The position numbers were made by a program, and so were the translations under genes. From assembly GCA_951406725.2 (NCBI GenBank), contig OX597830.1, positions 47,988,001 to 48,052,000 of the forward strand: a stretch of 64,000 nt of DNA, in the 5' to 3' direction. The notes below the pieces were generated by a model that was given only the letters and a program-made list of their open reading frames with translations, made no database searches and was not told the origin of the DNA. Source of the DNA: Octopus vulgaris (lineage: Eukaryota). Below, in pieces: positions 44,790 to 59,140 of the stretch. How positions within the stretch are numbered: the first letter of the stretch is position 1; each line of letters begins with the position of its first letter.

Positions 44790-45341
44790 GCCCTGATGCA
44801 GTACCGGGCAGCAGCTCTCATGGCTTCTGATCTTAACTGATTGGAAGCGTTATCATGTACGTTGTTTTGTCTTGGTATAAAAGATGGGTTACAGCAAATA
44901 TTCTGCTCAATACCACAGATTTGCTTGTCAGTTGTTTGACCGTAACCAGTTGAGCATGTCCCTTAGTGGCTGACGATATGCACATCTCTCATCACGTGTA
45001 GAAGTATTGGGGGAGCATCATAGCCATGTGTTGAGAGGGATTCTTTGGGGTTTTAATGATTCACCTCTGGAAACATGGGTGTTTCATTCAACATCCTTAA
45101 ACAACCCGTAATCAGGGACCTTTTGAGAGGTATGTGTTACACAACCAGAAGAAAATTCTAACTAGGCCCCCACCCGCAAGGTCATGCGCTGTTTATCTTG
45201 TAATGAAATCACCGTGTCACCATGTGCTGTGATGCATGTGCCTGGTGTACCCCTATCAGACGGGTAGTCATGATGGGTATACTGGGCTTCGTATATTTGT
45301 ACCCCAGTGTCACTTTGATGGCACACGCTGCTCCCTCACTC
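44789..45341 (-). mobile_element. ~555-bp non-autonomous retroelement between (AAT)n tracts, copy 1
   Basis: Homologous along its length to 45769-46328; (AAT)n at both ends; no ORF. Strand inferred from the (ATT)n-type tail. Confidence 0.75.
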
Positions 45342-45564
45342 AATAATAATAATAATAATAATAATTATAATAATAATAATAATGACGACGACGACAACGA
45401 CGACGACGATGATGATGATGATGATGATGATGATTATGATGGTTATGATGACGAGGATGATGATGATGATTATGATGATGACGAGAAGGAGGAGGAGGAG
45501 GATGATGATTATGATGGTAATGATGTCGAGGATGATCATGATGATTATGATGATGACGAGAAGG

Positions 45565-45597
<33 letters not shown>

Positions 45598-45633
45598 ATG
45601 ATGGTAATGATGACGAGGAGGAGGAGGAGGAGG

Positions 45634-45666
<33 letters not shown>
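45342..45666. repeat. (AAT)n/(GAT)n/(GAG)n compound trinucleotide repeat
   Basis: Directly visible. Confidence 0.95.
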
Positions 45667-45667
<1 letters not shown>

Positions 45668-45768
45668 CATATATTTGCCATAAGGGCGAAGGATGAATGG
45701 GTCAATACAGAGACAGACATAAAGCATTGCGGGAGGGGCGGGGTTACTTGTAATAATGAACCGATATA

Positions 45769-46328
45769 TGCCCTGATGCAGTGTAGCAGGCAATGGCTTT
45801 CATGGCTTCTGATCTTAACTGATTAGAAGTGGTATCATGTACATTGTTTTGTCTTGGTATAAAAAGATGGGGCTACAGCAAATATTCTGCTCAATACCAC
45901 AGATTTGCTTCTCAGTTGTTTGACCGTCACCAGTTGACCATATCCCTTAGTGGCTGATGATATATGCATCTCTGGTCACGAGCAGAAGTAGTGGGGGAGC
46001 ATCATAGTCATGTGTTGAGTGGAATTCTTTGGGGTTTGGATAATTCACTTTTGGAAACATGGGTGTTTCGTTCAACATCCTTAAACCACCTTTATTCAGG
46101 GACTTCTTGAGCGGGATAGGCTACTCAACCTGAAGAAAATTCTAACTGGGCCCCACCTTCAAAGTCATGCGCTGTTTATCTTGATATGAAATCATCATGT
46201 CACGCACATATAGATGTGATGCATGTGCCTGGTATACTCTTGTCAGACGGGTAGTTACGATTGGTATATTGGGCTTCATATATTTGTACCCGAGTGTCAC
46301 TTTGATAGCATGCGCTGCTCCCTCACTC
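45769..46328 (-). mobile_element. ~560-bp non-autonomous retroelement, copy 2
   Basis: GCCCTGATGCAGT...CCCTCACTC, same ends as copy 1. Confidence 0.75.
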
Positions 46329-46337
46329 AACAACAAC

Positions 46338-46464
<127 letters not shown>

Positions 46465-46481
46465 GCAATAATAATAATAAT

Positions 46482-48674
46482 AGCAAAACCAGAAAACTAC
46501 AGACCAATAACCTGTCTCCCTACAATGTACAAGGCATTTACTGCAGTGATATCGCAAAGGTTGAACAAGCACCTGGACGAAAACAAACTGTTCCCAGAAG
46601 AGCAGAAAGGATGCCGCAAAGGCTCATATGGCTGTAAAGATCAACTAATGATTAATAAAGCCATAACTGAAGAGAGCCACAGAAAGAAGAAAGGCCTCAG
46701 TATGGCCTGGATCGATAACAAAAAGGCGTTTGATAGCAGCCCCCACACATGGATCCTCGAAACACTAGCCATTAACAAAGTAGCACCAACAATCATAAAA
46801 TTCATAGGGCACTCTATGAATAAATGGCAAACAGTGCTACAGCTCCAAACAAAAGAGGAACTCATGAAAACCAAAGACATCCCCATTAGAAGAGGAATAT
46901 TCCAGGGAGACACGCTATCTCCACTCCGTTTCTGCTTGGCACTGTCACCTCTATCTGATATGCTAAATAGAAGTGGATGCGGATATAAATGTTACGGCAA
47001 AACGATCAGCCACCTTTTATATATGGATGACCTAAAACTATACGCTGCAAATGACAAACAGCTGGAAACACTATTAAAGACAGTTCATGGATTTACCAAA
47101 TAAATAGATATGAAATTTGGATTAGAAAAATGCGCCAAAGTAACCATGAAAAGAGGAAAACTAGTTAAGAGTAGCAACATCACACTAGATAAAACCAATG
47201 AAATAAAAGAATTAGACCAAAGCCAAACTTACAAATACTTAGGAATCCATGAACTAGATAAGACACAACACGCACAAATGAAAGAGAATATAAAAAAGAA
47301 TATTATAGACGAGTCAGATCAATACTAAAAACAGAGATCAATGCTAAAAAGAAGATAATAGGTATTAACACTTTATGTGTCCCAGTTTTAAGTTACAACT
47401 ACAATATCCTTAACTGGACACTAAATGAACTGACCAAAATAGATAGGAAAACAAGAAAAATAATGACAGGATCTAGGATGCATCACCCAAAATCTGACAT
47501 AGAAAGACTATATATACGACGTGTAGAAGGTGGTAGAGGCCTTATACAACTGGAAAACTACTATAAAATAACCACTATAGAACTGCAAAAATATCTTCTT
47601 CAGAAGGAAGGAAAACTGATACAAATAGCGGCAAAACACGAGCAAAACAAAAAAATGTTCTCAGTATTTAATGAAGCTGACAAATACAAACAAGAAATCA
47701 TACCACCTAATAAATATGAAGAAGAAGAAGAAGATGAAGAAACAACAAAAGCTATAAAACAAATGAAATCCAAACTAAAAATAGAACAGCAAAGAACCAT
47801 GATAAAACGTTGGCAAGAAAAGCCCCTTCATGGTAAATACTGGACTAAACTAAACGCAAAAGAAATAGACAAAGAAAAATCCCAGCAATGGTTGAGAAGC
47901 TCAGGACTCAAAGCAGAGACAGAGGGATTTTTAATTGCAGCACAAGACGAAAGCCTCCCCACCAGAAATTACCAAAAACATATCATGAAAGGAAATATAA
48001 CAAGTAACTACAGAATATGTGGAGATGGACAAGAAACAATAAATCATATTATCTCTGGCTGCCCAGTCCTAGCTAAGAAGGAATATATTCACAGACATGA
48101 CAGAGTTGGAACCTACATACACTGGAAGCTATGCCAACATTATGGAATAACAACAGCAAAAAGATGGTATAGGCACACACCAGAAAAGGTCACAGAAAAC
48201 GAGAAAGCAACCATACTCTGGGATATGCCGTACACACAGATAGAGAAATTAAGGCCAACAGACCAGATATAGTTGTCAGAGATCATGAAGAAAAAAAATG
48301 CTTTCTAATTGATGTATCAATACCGGCAGATGACATTGTGTCTCTAAAAGAAATGGAGAAACTCTCAAAATACAAAGACTTGGAAATAGAGGTAGCCAGA
48401 ATGTGGAATCTAAAAACAGAAACAATTCCTATCATAGTAGGTGCATTAGGCATGCTAAAAAAATATTCAGACAAATACATAACAAAAACACCAGGACTTA
48501 CAAACACATATAACATACAGAAAATTGCACTACAGGGCACCGCACACATCCTACGCAGAGCACTTTCCGTACAATAACCATCAGAGCATCACAACAAATC
48601 ACAGCACATACCCAAGGCACACAGAGCTGCGCTCGGTAGTGAAGTGAAAGCACGCTATAAAAATAAAACTACTG
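46482..48674 (+). mobile_element. Young 5'-truncated R4/Dong-clade LINE inside (AAT)n
   Basis: RT RGIFQGDTLSP, HLLYMDDLKLY; ETINHIISGC...RHD; RPDIV endonuclease motif; few lesions; (AAT)n at 46330-46481 and 48675-48692. Confidence 0.93.
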
Positions 48675-48692
48675 AATAATAATAATAATAAT

Positions 48693-50580
48693 CCTCATGA
48701 ATATGAGAAAGGTAGGAAGGAGTGTGATAACTAAAGTAACACAAAAGATAAATACTGTCGTGCCATACATCCAGACGAGGATATAACACAAACAAGGAAT
48801 CTTCTCCGAGCTATTGCGCTATTGTTGAGGAGAAATTACAATTTAAGAAAACAAAAAGAACCATGGTGGAAACGACGCATTAAAAGGGACTTAATGCGGG
48901 CATGGCAAGATCTAGGAAAAATTGAGCAATGGTTAAGAAAAAAGTGGGAAAAAATGGGAAAAAGACAGACCGAGAAATATTGGAGAAGAAATATTAAATA
49001 CGGAAGAACGGGTTTGATGCAGTAATAGAGCAGTTAAAACAGAAGATCATGGCAAAAAGCCGGAAGATCAGAAGATTTGTGAACAGAAATAAGCAGTTCG
49101 AGGAGAACAGATTGTTCAAAAATAACCCGAAGCAATTCTTCCGAACGTTAGAAGGAGACAATGGAGAAAATGTTGCTCCTGATGCAAATCAAGCCAAGGA
49201 GTTCTGGAGCAGATTATGGGGAAACAGCGCGGTGCATAAAAGGGATGCAATATGGATAGGAACTATTAAGACAGAATTACAAGGAGGAAAGAAACAAAGG
49301 AATATTGTCATAAGCTCGGGTGATGTGAAAGAACAAGTGGGTAAAGTGTCTAACTGGAAAGCCCCAGGACCAGATGGGATTCATGGCTTTTGGTTGAAGA
49401 GATGCCAAGCGGTGCAGGAAAGACTAGCAGCCCAATTGAATGAGTGTGTCCAGAAAGGCACATTCCCGGGTGGATGGTGACTGGGAGGACAACACCTGTA
49501 ATGAAAGATAGAAGAAAGGTGAATATTGTGGTAAACTACCGTCTTATAGCATCCTTAAACATAGTCTGGAAGATACTCTCTGGAATATGTGCGGCAAAGA
49601 CACCCACTTTCCTGGCACAAGAGTAAATACTACCAAGTAAATACTACAGAGTTCTCAGGGTACCAGGGATCTTCTGGTCATCAATAAACAGTTTTGAGGC
49701 ATTGTGAAAAACATTATACAAACATGTCTATGGCTTGGATAGACTTTAAGAAGGCATATGATACGATGCCTCGTTCTTGGATCATGGAATGCCTACAGAT
49801 GTTTGGTGTGGCTGACAACATCACAAATTTTCTGATGCATAGCATGAAAAAGTGTGAAATCAAATTGTACTCAAGTAATGTATTCCTCGGAAAAGTTAAC
49901 ATTAAAAGGGGAATCTTCCAAAGTGACTCGTTTTCTTCGTTACTTTTTGTAATTGCACTAATATCCATAACAATGACACTTTGGAAAATTAAGATGGGTT
50001 ACTGATGTGGGAAGAAAGACCCATCATTGAACCATCTTCTGTTTATGGATGATCAAAAATTGTTTGGGAAATCTGAAAAACAGATGGATTCCTTAACCAA
50101 AACAGTCCAGAAGCGTGGGAGGGACATCGGTATGGAATTTGGGATCACCAAATACTCAGTACTTAATATGAAAAGAGGGAAAGCAGCCAGCAGGGGATTG
50201 CAGTTGCCCTCAGGAGAGACTATAGGTGAACCTGACAGTTTTGGGTATAGTATAGATATTTAAGGATTTGGGAGCTGGAAGACATTTTACACAGAGAAAT
50301 GAAGGTCAACGTCAGCGAAGATCATCAAAATAGGGTGAAGATGGTGTTGAAATCCAACCGGAATGCCAAAAATTTGATTACCGCAATGAATATCTGGGCA
50401 GTTGCGCTGGTCAGATATAGTGCATCCATCCTCAAATGGACTAAGGAGGAAATATCAACACTGGATAGAAGGACGAGAAAGTTGATGACGCTGCATGGGG
50501 TGCTACACCCTTAAGCAAACGTAAACACATTGTATATGAAAAGAAAATTGGTGGCAGAGGATTAATTAGTATAGACCAAA
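48693..50580 (+). mobile_element. Second, older R4/Dong-clade LINE fragment
   Basis: NWKAPGPDGIHGFWLK, AWIDFKKAYD, RGIFQSDSFS, NHLLFMDD. Confidence 0.9.
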
Positions 50581-51535
50581 GGTTCTCAACGGGGGCCGTT
50601 TGGAGCTCGGTGAGGGCGTTTTGGAGCAAAGGGGCACTAGGGAGGTGTTAAAAAGCTTGGAGCGCTGAAAGACCCTCACATTTGATATCTTTAATTTGAA
50701 ATTAACGAATAGCAGCCATATTTTCACATCTCTGTGGCAGACACTTCTAAAATAAAAACGTCTTTTATTTCAAATTTTCAAAAACTTAAGCACCTTTTCC
50801 ATTTAAGCGACACCAAGCAAATTCCAGATATAGTGTGTAACTGGTGTCGCTAAAGTGAAACCCCAAAACAAAAACAAAAACTAAAAGCAGATGAATAGTG
50901 ACAGACAATTAAAAGAAAAAAATATGTGTGTATTTGTGTGATTGTGTGTGTGTGCGTGTGTGTGTATGTATGTGTGTGTGAGTGTGTGTACAAATATATA
51001 AAGAATGGTGGTCAAAATTTGGAACAAACAAACTGGCTTTCGTGAGTGGCTGATAGGTATGTATTTGTGTATATTTGTGTATGTATGGGTATGTTTCTAT
51101 ATATATTGCGTGTGTTGCCATTTTGATTTTCTTTCTGCGATCGAACTTAAACTGACCCCTAGCTATTAAAGACCGAACACACACACACACGTACACACAC
51201 TTGTTTTAGATCTTGTGCCTATTTCAACTGTAACCATGCACAGGATAACATGGTAGGTCTTATGTTCTGAAATTTAAATTTTGAATTTGTTTTAATTAGA
51301 AAATTATACTCCAGCTAAAAGCTGATTTTTTTGGCTTTTTGAAAACAGAACCTTTTCTTTCTATTTCCATAGTTTTTGTTAAGTCAGAATTGTTCTGTTT
51401 TGGTCAGGATTTTCCAATTTTTTGTAAATTGGACAACCACACAGGGAGTACCTCATTGTCTCATATGTTGATATGTATAAGTCAACAAAAACTAATGGAA
51501 AATCGGACACTAGCAAACACACAGACACACACGTG

Positions 51536-51598
<63 letters not shown>

Positions 51599-51839
51599 GT
51601 ATGTATGTATGTATGTATATATATATATGTACGTACGTATGTATGTATGTATGTATGTATATATGTATGTATGTATAAAGGCGTAGGAGTGGCTGTGTGG
51701 TAAGTAGCTTGCTTCCCAACCAAATGGTTCCGGGTTAGGGGTTAGGTGTGTGTGTGTATGCGTGTGTGTGTTTGTGTTTCCTTTAAACTGTGTTTTCCTG
51801 TTTTTCTCTATGTATATGTATTAATTATTGTGATATCAC

Positions 51840-53100
51840 TGCCCGTATCCAATTGTAACTTGATATTTACATTATTCATTTTTACGGAGACAATTTTTTT
51901 TTCTGAGCCTCGCTTCTTTTTAACAATACATTCTTTCTAAAAAATTTCTTTTTGTTCGACCATTTTTTTTTGTTTCGCAATATTGTGAGGTTTTATATCC
52001 GATTTTTCCACAATCAAAGCATTTATGATTTTTAAAAGGACAGTTACTTTTAAAACGTAAACCTTCGCACCTGTAGCACGGATTTGGTCTTGACGTTCGT
52101 TTTTCCTTTTTCTTATCTATTTCAGGACGACACGCATGTATCTGAGAGCAGTCTTTTATTTCAATTTTATTTGCGCCATGTCTTAAAATTATAATCCTCT
52201 GGCATTCTTCAGCCACTGTCAGTAGAGCTAATTTTTGGTCCTGTTCTAATTTTGTTGATGTACGGAAACGTATATCAGCGTCTTTTCTTGCTGTTAACCC
52301 TTGAACATATATTAGACATTTGAACAAATCCGGGTTAATTAATTTAATCTGAATTTTTCACACTCTCTGTTAACGACCCCAGTATAGGTGACGAAATCTT
52401 CATCTTTTTTAACTAAATTTAAACATTGCCAACGAGTTTCATTGGAAAGCCGCGATAACAAAATAACTGTTTCATCGAAACAATTCTCACCTGATTTCTT
52501 CAGCAGAATGTAGTTACAGTATTTTTGTTGATCGGCAGAGGATAACTTTTTTAAAAAGTAGTCGCACTTTCCTCATCATTCCAATTTTTACGTTCTTTGA
52601 AGATTTCTTCGTATCTTCGAAAATATGAAGAGAAAGAAATACCTTCTGGGTTATAAATAAATTCTCCAATTGAATTTGTTACGCCGTCTGACGAGAACGA
52701 GCCTGAAGTATTTTCAGACTTCTTCAACAATATTTGTAGTAAGTGTTGATATTGTTGTTGTTGTAACTGCTGTTGTTGTTGTAGTTGTTGTTGTTGTTGT
52801 TGTGGTTGATGCAACTGTACCATGCGAGCCAACAAATCTTCCATGTTAAATAATTTTTTCTTTGGTTTCGTACCAAACAAAAAAATTTAAATGTCCTACG
52901 CAAGCTTCGAATATCTCGTCGCTACTTTTATATTCTGCCACAGGTTGGTAAATATAAATTATGCAGCGGAAGTTTAATCAATGTGTTCGCACGGCAGACT
53001 TCTCGAGACTACCAAAACGCTCTCTCCCGACTACTACCGACTTCTCTTCTTTATAAGAATTCGGCTTGTCCATTTTCCAATCCACCAGAGGTGTCAATGA
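51840..53100 (-). mobile_element. Gypsy gag region remnant (related to the 36850 element)
   Basis: EFIYNPEGISFSSYFRRYEEIF, FKCLIYVQGL...CYRC...CPFKNHKCFDCGKIGY; PBS-like TAGCGACGAG at ~52915-52925. Confidence 0.8.
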
Positions 53101-53176
53101 CTCTCACCACAACACATTGGGGTCACGACTATCTCCCTCCCCCACAATTTCTGGCTTTGTGCCTATAGTAGAAAGG

Positions 53177-53239
<63 letters not shown>

Positions 53240-53240
53240 G

Positions 53241-53340
<100 letters not shown>

Positions 53341-53341
53341 C

Positions 53342-53406
<65 letters not shown>

Positions 53407-53603
53407 AGCGGTGAGGTAGAAAAATCTTTAGCACGCCGGACAAAATGCTTAGATGTATTTCGTCCGTCATTATATTCAAATTTTTTATTAATTTATAATT
53501 TCTCATTAATGTAAAATAATAAAACTATTCACCTGAAAATAATCCCGTCAACCATTACGAGAACCAAACCAAAACAAAGCATTTATCTATTTTATTCTCT
53601 CAG

Positions 53604-53834
53604 GAAGATGTCCTGTGAATCTCATTTACAATGCTCACGCTCCTATTCCTACACTTTTGAAATCGGTGTCTGGTGTCAATTATGCGCAGTGTTTCAATCG
53701 TTGTGAAGCGGAACCAAATTGTCAATCGTTTCACTACGTCTTTCTTTATGAAAAATGCACAATGTCAAATTATAACTATACTTATACACCGTTTCATGTG
53801 CACAAGGGTTTCATCTACACTGACATAAACAGAG
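53604..53834 (+). CDS. PAN gene B exon 4, PAN/Apple domain 2 (hypervariable)
   Basis: CTCAG| acceptor, AG|GTAAGT donor, 231 bp, phase 1-1; QCFNRCEAEPNCQSFHY...KCTMSN. Confidence 0.9.
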
Positions 53835-54018
53835 GTAAGTGCAAATCTCTTTTATTTTTTATTTAGACAATACTGAGGTACCACCTTCAAAAGCTTTAGC
53901 TTGTTATGTCACCCTAGTAGTTCATTTTACTCTTTATCAAATGGTTGAGTCCAGCTTGTCCTTAAGGTATGTAAATTGAGGGACTAATTAAAGACCAAAC
54001 TATTGATCACTCCTATTA

Positions 54019-54051
<33 letters not shown>

Positions 54052-54665
54052 TTAAGCACATAAATGCAAAACAAGGTGGAAAGAAGTAGGACTCAAGTAC
54101 CGAAGGTAGGGTATTATGCTCTCTTTTTATTCAAGCTGCAAAAACATCACAAAAAACTGTTACCGTTTCACGTTTCCGTCGTCTAACATTTGTGATCAAG
54201 AATGGAATAAAATTGTGATGGTACATGTAATATATAATTTGATGTAATCCAATTTAAGGCATAAGCATTGGAATTTCGTTGGGTAACTTATATTCAAATT
54301 ATAAACAGTATTGTATTCGTTAACGGTTGGGCGAATTGAGGGTTATAAATTGAACAGTAAAATATATTATATGATCTATATATGTAAAAGAGAGTTTGTG
54401 AGTGTATGTGTGTGTATGTATGTGTGCGTGTATGTGTCGTGTATGTTCCTTATGTATTCGAAAGCTGTGTTGCCGATTTTGACGTGTGGGGTATCATAAG
54501 ATTCATTAATCTTTCGGCTACCAAATAAACTATATTTTTATTTCCATATTTTCGAAAATGTACACATAAATATTGTACTAAAATAAGCTACAACCAAAAA
54601 TATTTCATTAAAAGACAAACATATTTCTATATGTCAAGAGGAAATACAGTCACTCACCCTCCCTT

Positions 54666-54726
<61 letters not shown>

Positions 54727-55178
54727 TGCACACGCACTCATACATACTAAAAAGAATGTATTCATATGTATTTATGTACGTGTATATGAAAGACAATGTA
54801 TATGTGTGTGTGTGAGAGAGTGAGTTACTTAGACAGACAGGCAAAATAATACATACATGACAACACACACAAACGGTAAAACTTCTGTACGAATCATGTT
54901 ATTTCTCACTGTGTGCACGCCCAAAATTACAGCTGAACTCCACTTAAAAGGTTCTTTTACTATTCTGTAATTTGTGTTTGTGATGAAATTATATTGAAAA
55001 CCTGATCTTCGGTAAAAACTGAATATGAATTTTTCCCAGAAATTCTGTCCTTTACCTGTCGCCTCTAGCATGTCGTCTCTAGCATGACATTTGCGTCCCA
55101 CGCCTCTATTTTTCTCTAAACTTCTTCCGATTCCTACGTATTTGATAGAGTAAATTAGGATTCTCTATATTTCAATCT

Positions 55179-55211
<33 letters not shown>

Positions 55212-56170
55212 GTCTCTCTCTCTCTCTCTCCATAACTGACAGTAAATAAAACACATATATTAAAGAGGTAATGATTTCTTATATAAAATCGTCTTATATA
55301 TAAATAGGGAAGTCGATTGTATTAAAGAGATTAGGATTTCTTGATTAATATTAAAGAAATCACGAAACATATTAAGACCATCAGAAGAATAAGAAACTAT
55401 TTTTATTCCATTTCAGAACTTTGGAACGATTTCAAACAGTCAAATACACTGGACAAGATTAACTCTGTGGGATGTGGTATAAGACTTTTCGACTCTTATT
55501 ATTTCGTTGACAGTAAGACCCTCTTTTCGTTTATTTTTTGTGTTTTTCGTTTCTGTTTCTGGTTTCTCATCTTTAATTCATTGATCTCTAGTTCTTGCCA
55601 CAAAAAATTAAAAAATAAATAAATATCTCTTTCTTCTACATCACATGAGTATTTCTACTTAGAAACTTAATTCTTAATTAAATATATTAACAGTAAATTA
55701 ATGATTAATATTCATTCAAAAGGATGTTGTAAAACATCTCACAAATACATTTAAAATCTGGTAGATGGATTAATATTAATCTCCGTTGTCATTAAAATTC
55801 TCAACACGCTTCCTTACTAATCTGCAAAGAAATACCTCAATACATCTCGCCGGTAATACGAGAATCACTCTCCCTCCGAGATATCCATCTACATACCCCT
55901 TCTCATTCTCCCGTCATACATGCTATTTCACCAGCCAGATCCCACATCAATTATTATCCCCAATCCTTCCTTTCTAGATTATACAAGACTCTGGAACTCA
56001 CTCCCTACTCACACTACCCTAAAGATGTCCAAACGGAACATGAATAAAATCGATCTATCGAATCAATAGGCCACTTCTATTCGTTTCACTTGTACTTTGT
56101 CAGACTAGAGCAATAATTTAATTTATGCTCTTATATTTATTGTGTTTCCTCTTGCTATTTTTTTCTGCAG

Positions 56171-56361
56171 AAAAAGAAACTAATGATTTGACAGCTTATT
56201 CAACATTTTCCTTCAAACAAAATCCATATCACAACCTTATAACCGAGACCCAAATGGATGCTCACTCGGTTCTGGATTGTTCCCGTTTATGTATGATATC
56301 TTCTACATGTACTGCCTTTTCATATACTAACACTAAGTGTCTACTAAAGAAACTGAGCTGA
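56171..56361 (+). CDS. PAN gene B terminal exon 5, PAN/Apple domain 3
   Basis: CTGCAG| acceptor, TGA at 56359, AATAAA at 56483. Exons total 747 nt (248 aa). Confidence 0.87.
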
Positions 56362-57369
56362 ACTTTAATGGAATTCACCCCAAAATTACTTACTTCTCCA
56401 TGAAATGTGAGCAAGACTTCAACGGATCACGTTTGCTAATAATAATAATAATTGTATAAGATAAAATGTGTGTTTCTTCGTGAATAAAATAAATTTAATT
56501 CAGTTATTTCTTTTGTAAATATTTTTTTATTGCTAACGTTTTTCCTTTCAAATTAGTCTTCTCTTAGAAATCCATTCACACATTTGAAGCTTTATAAGAT
56601 TATTAAATTTACCCGAGTACCAATGAGGCAATTGGGTGTTATTTTATCGACCTTCAAAGATTGGAACACTAAGTAACCCTGGACAGCATTTTGTTTCAAA
56701 ACATAACGGGTCTTAACTAAATACCAGAAGCAGTCAACCGAATCCTTAACGCTTCTTACCCATCATCTAAATAATATATGAGATAAAATAATTGCAGTTG
56801 ATTGATTTCACTTAAAAAGTGAAATGATTTGTTATTCAAACTAAAAAACAAAAAAAAAAACAAATTGAGGAAAGTAACATTGAAAACTTTTCTGAAGAAT
56901 AGGGTAAACATTTTACGAGGATTATTGTACGTCAATTCCAAAGTAAGAAAGCACCAAAAGTCTTAGGTAACATGATTGTTAATTTTAGCTCTGGGGTGTC
57001 AGGAACTATTTAAGCCGGCTGATCTAAACTTTATTTATTAAGGATTATAAAGCGAACTTAAAATAAGAATCTTTTCTTTTTTTCTTTGGACGAAATTTTG
57101 TGTTTCAGCAACTTATACGTACAGGTTAAACGAAGAATAGGTTAAACCAAAATACGAAATCAATTATACGGAAAACGAAATCTAATAGAAATTTGATCGT
57201 AAACTCAGAAGCCCCACGATTTCTTTCAGGTTATCGAAAAGTTAAAATAGCTTTTTGCTGTGAAAAAGATAAATTGCAATGCTGACCATACATGTAAAAT
57301 GTTCTATTTGTTTTCATTTGTTTAGTTTTAGATTAATATTGGATTCTTTATTTATAGTTTCTTGAAGAG

Positions 57370-57924
57370 GAGAGGTGGTGGTGGACATTGTGTTTGCAAG
57401 TCTTTATGGATTGGTGAGATCGATACGGTTAATGCTTAGTCTGAAGATTTGTGTGTTGACATCTGTTGGGAAAATTGGTTCAGGGCTTGCATTTCAGGCG
57501 ATTACATTTCTGGAGCAGTGGAGACCCAATCGCTGTGTTGTAGCCCAGTCAGCATTAGTTTTTTAAAAGCACGGGCAAAATACGAACTCCTCGAAAGTGA
57601 TTCTCTTTTCGTTGTTGTGTCGCAAAACGAAGGAAGATGTCTTTAAAATTCAGGTTTTCATAACACCATTTATTCATTATACTTGGGCATAAATTGTCCG
57701 GTTTATTGTCTAGCACGGAAATCTTCAGATAAGACTTTATCCTCTACAGCTTGAGAAAGTATCCATTCATAGCCTGCCGTGTGCTTACAGTTATCTACAT
57801 CTAGGTTCAGTTGGTGGAAGCTGACACAAGTTGCAGATGGGGCTGCGACAAGCAATTTCGCTTGAACACCAGCGATTCCTCCGCTCATAACAGTGGCACC
57901 ATCATAACTATTTGTGAACATCAA
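57370..57924 (-). mobile_element. hAT-like remnant (internally deleted copy)
   Basis: SYDGATVMSGGIAGVQAKLL...HQLNL; shares sequence with 35400-35946. Confidence 0.7.
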
Positions 57925-57926
57925 TA

Positions 57927-59140
57927 CGAAGGGTACCCAAAAGTAAACGGAACGTTGTCTGTGGGACACACCCGCTATAGTTTAGGCTTCAACGGCTAGA
58001 AGCCACTTGATGCGTCCCTCGGGCATCCGCCTGCCGACTGGCGCCGTTGTCAAGAGTCGTACTGTCACGTGGTGCGTCTTTGTTTTTCAGTACTTCTCCC
58101 TTGTTCGTCGATTATTGCGATGGATGAAACGAATGGACAGCGTGCTTCCGAGAAATTGTGTTTTTTGCTGGGGGAAAACGGCGGCCGAAACAGTTGCCTT
58201 GCTTCGAACAGCTTACAAGGACGCCGCAATGAGCAAAACACAATTTTACGAGTAGGTTTTCACGGTTTAGGAACGGCCACTTGTCGCTTGAAGACCATCC
58301 TCGTTCTTGACCACCGTCGACCTCCTGAACGAATGAAAACATCACGAAAATTCGTGAACTGGTCTTGGAGGAACGTTGCCGAACAATTGATGAACGTGTT
58401 GATATAACTGGTGTGTTCTGGAGTTCCTGCCAATGAGTTTTGAGCGAATGAAAGTGTTGCACCAAGATCTGTGCCTCACTAGCTCACGGAAGATCAAAAT
58501 CAGTCGAGACTAAGTGCGTGTCGTAAAGTGAAAGAACAGTTGGAAGTTGATCCGACAATTTTTTTTAAGAAGGCCATCACTAGTGACGAAGGCTGGTGCT
58601 ATATCTACAACCCGGAAACGATAGGGCACTCAAGTCAATGGAAGCATTAAATATCACCACGCCCTACAAGTCAAGTGCGTCAAGTGAAGGCCAACTTCAA
58701 GACGATGCTGACATGTTTCAATTATGCGAAATGAATTGTCCGCACAATATTTGTTCCTCCTGGTCAAACTGTTGACCAGACATTTTGCTTGGCAGTTCCG
58801 AAGCATTTGCGAGACACGGCGAGACGAAAACGTCCCGACTAGTGGCAGAGTGGAGTGTGGTGGTTTCATCACGACAAAGAAATTTCGTACACCGCCTTCA
58901 GTGTGAGACAGTTTTTGACCAAATATGACATGACCTCGTTTACCTACCCTCCATATTCACCCGATCTTGCTCCCTGTAACAATTTTTTTGTTACCCCGAA
59001 GGAAAAAAGTCCTTAAAGAAAAACCTTTTGCAAATGTGAAGTATTTGAAGAAAAAAAAAACGACGGAGACGATAAAAGTCATCACGAATTGCAGGACTGC
59101 TTCGAATAGTGGAAAACACGTCTGGACCGGAGTATTAAAT
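57927..59140 (+). mobile_element. Decayed mariner transposon
   Basis: TA|CGAAGGGTACCCAAAAGTAAACGG left end; GKTAAETVALLRTAY helix-turn-helix, ITSDEGWCY, FHHD, YPPYSPDLAPC. Confidence 0.9.

Noticed and set aside
45222-45696. Asp/Glu-rich or Met-rich ORFs resembling biomineral or reflectin-like proteins
   Set aside because: Translation of a compound trinucleotide repeat starting within a repeat element; no splice or motif support.
51731-51746. Telomere-like GGGTTAGGGGTTAGG
   Set aside because: Only about two units, at a truncated SINE end.
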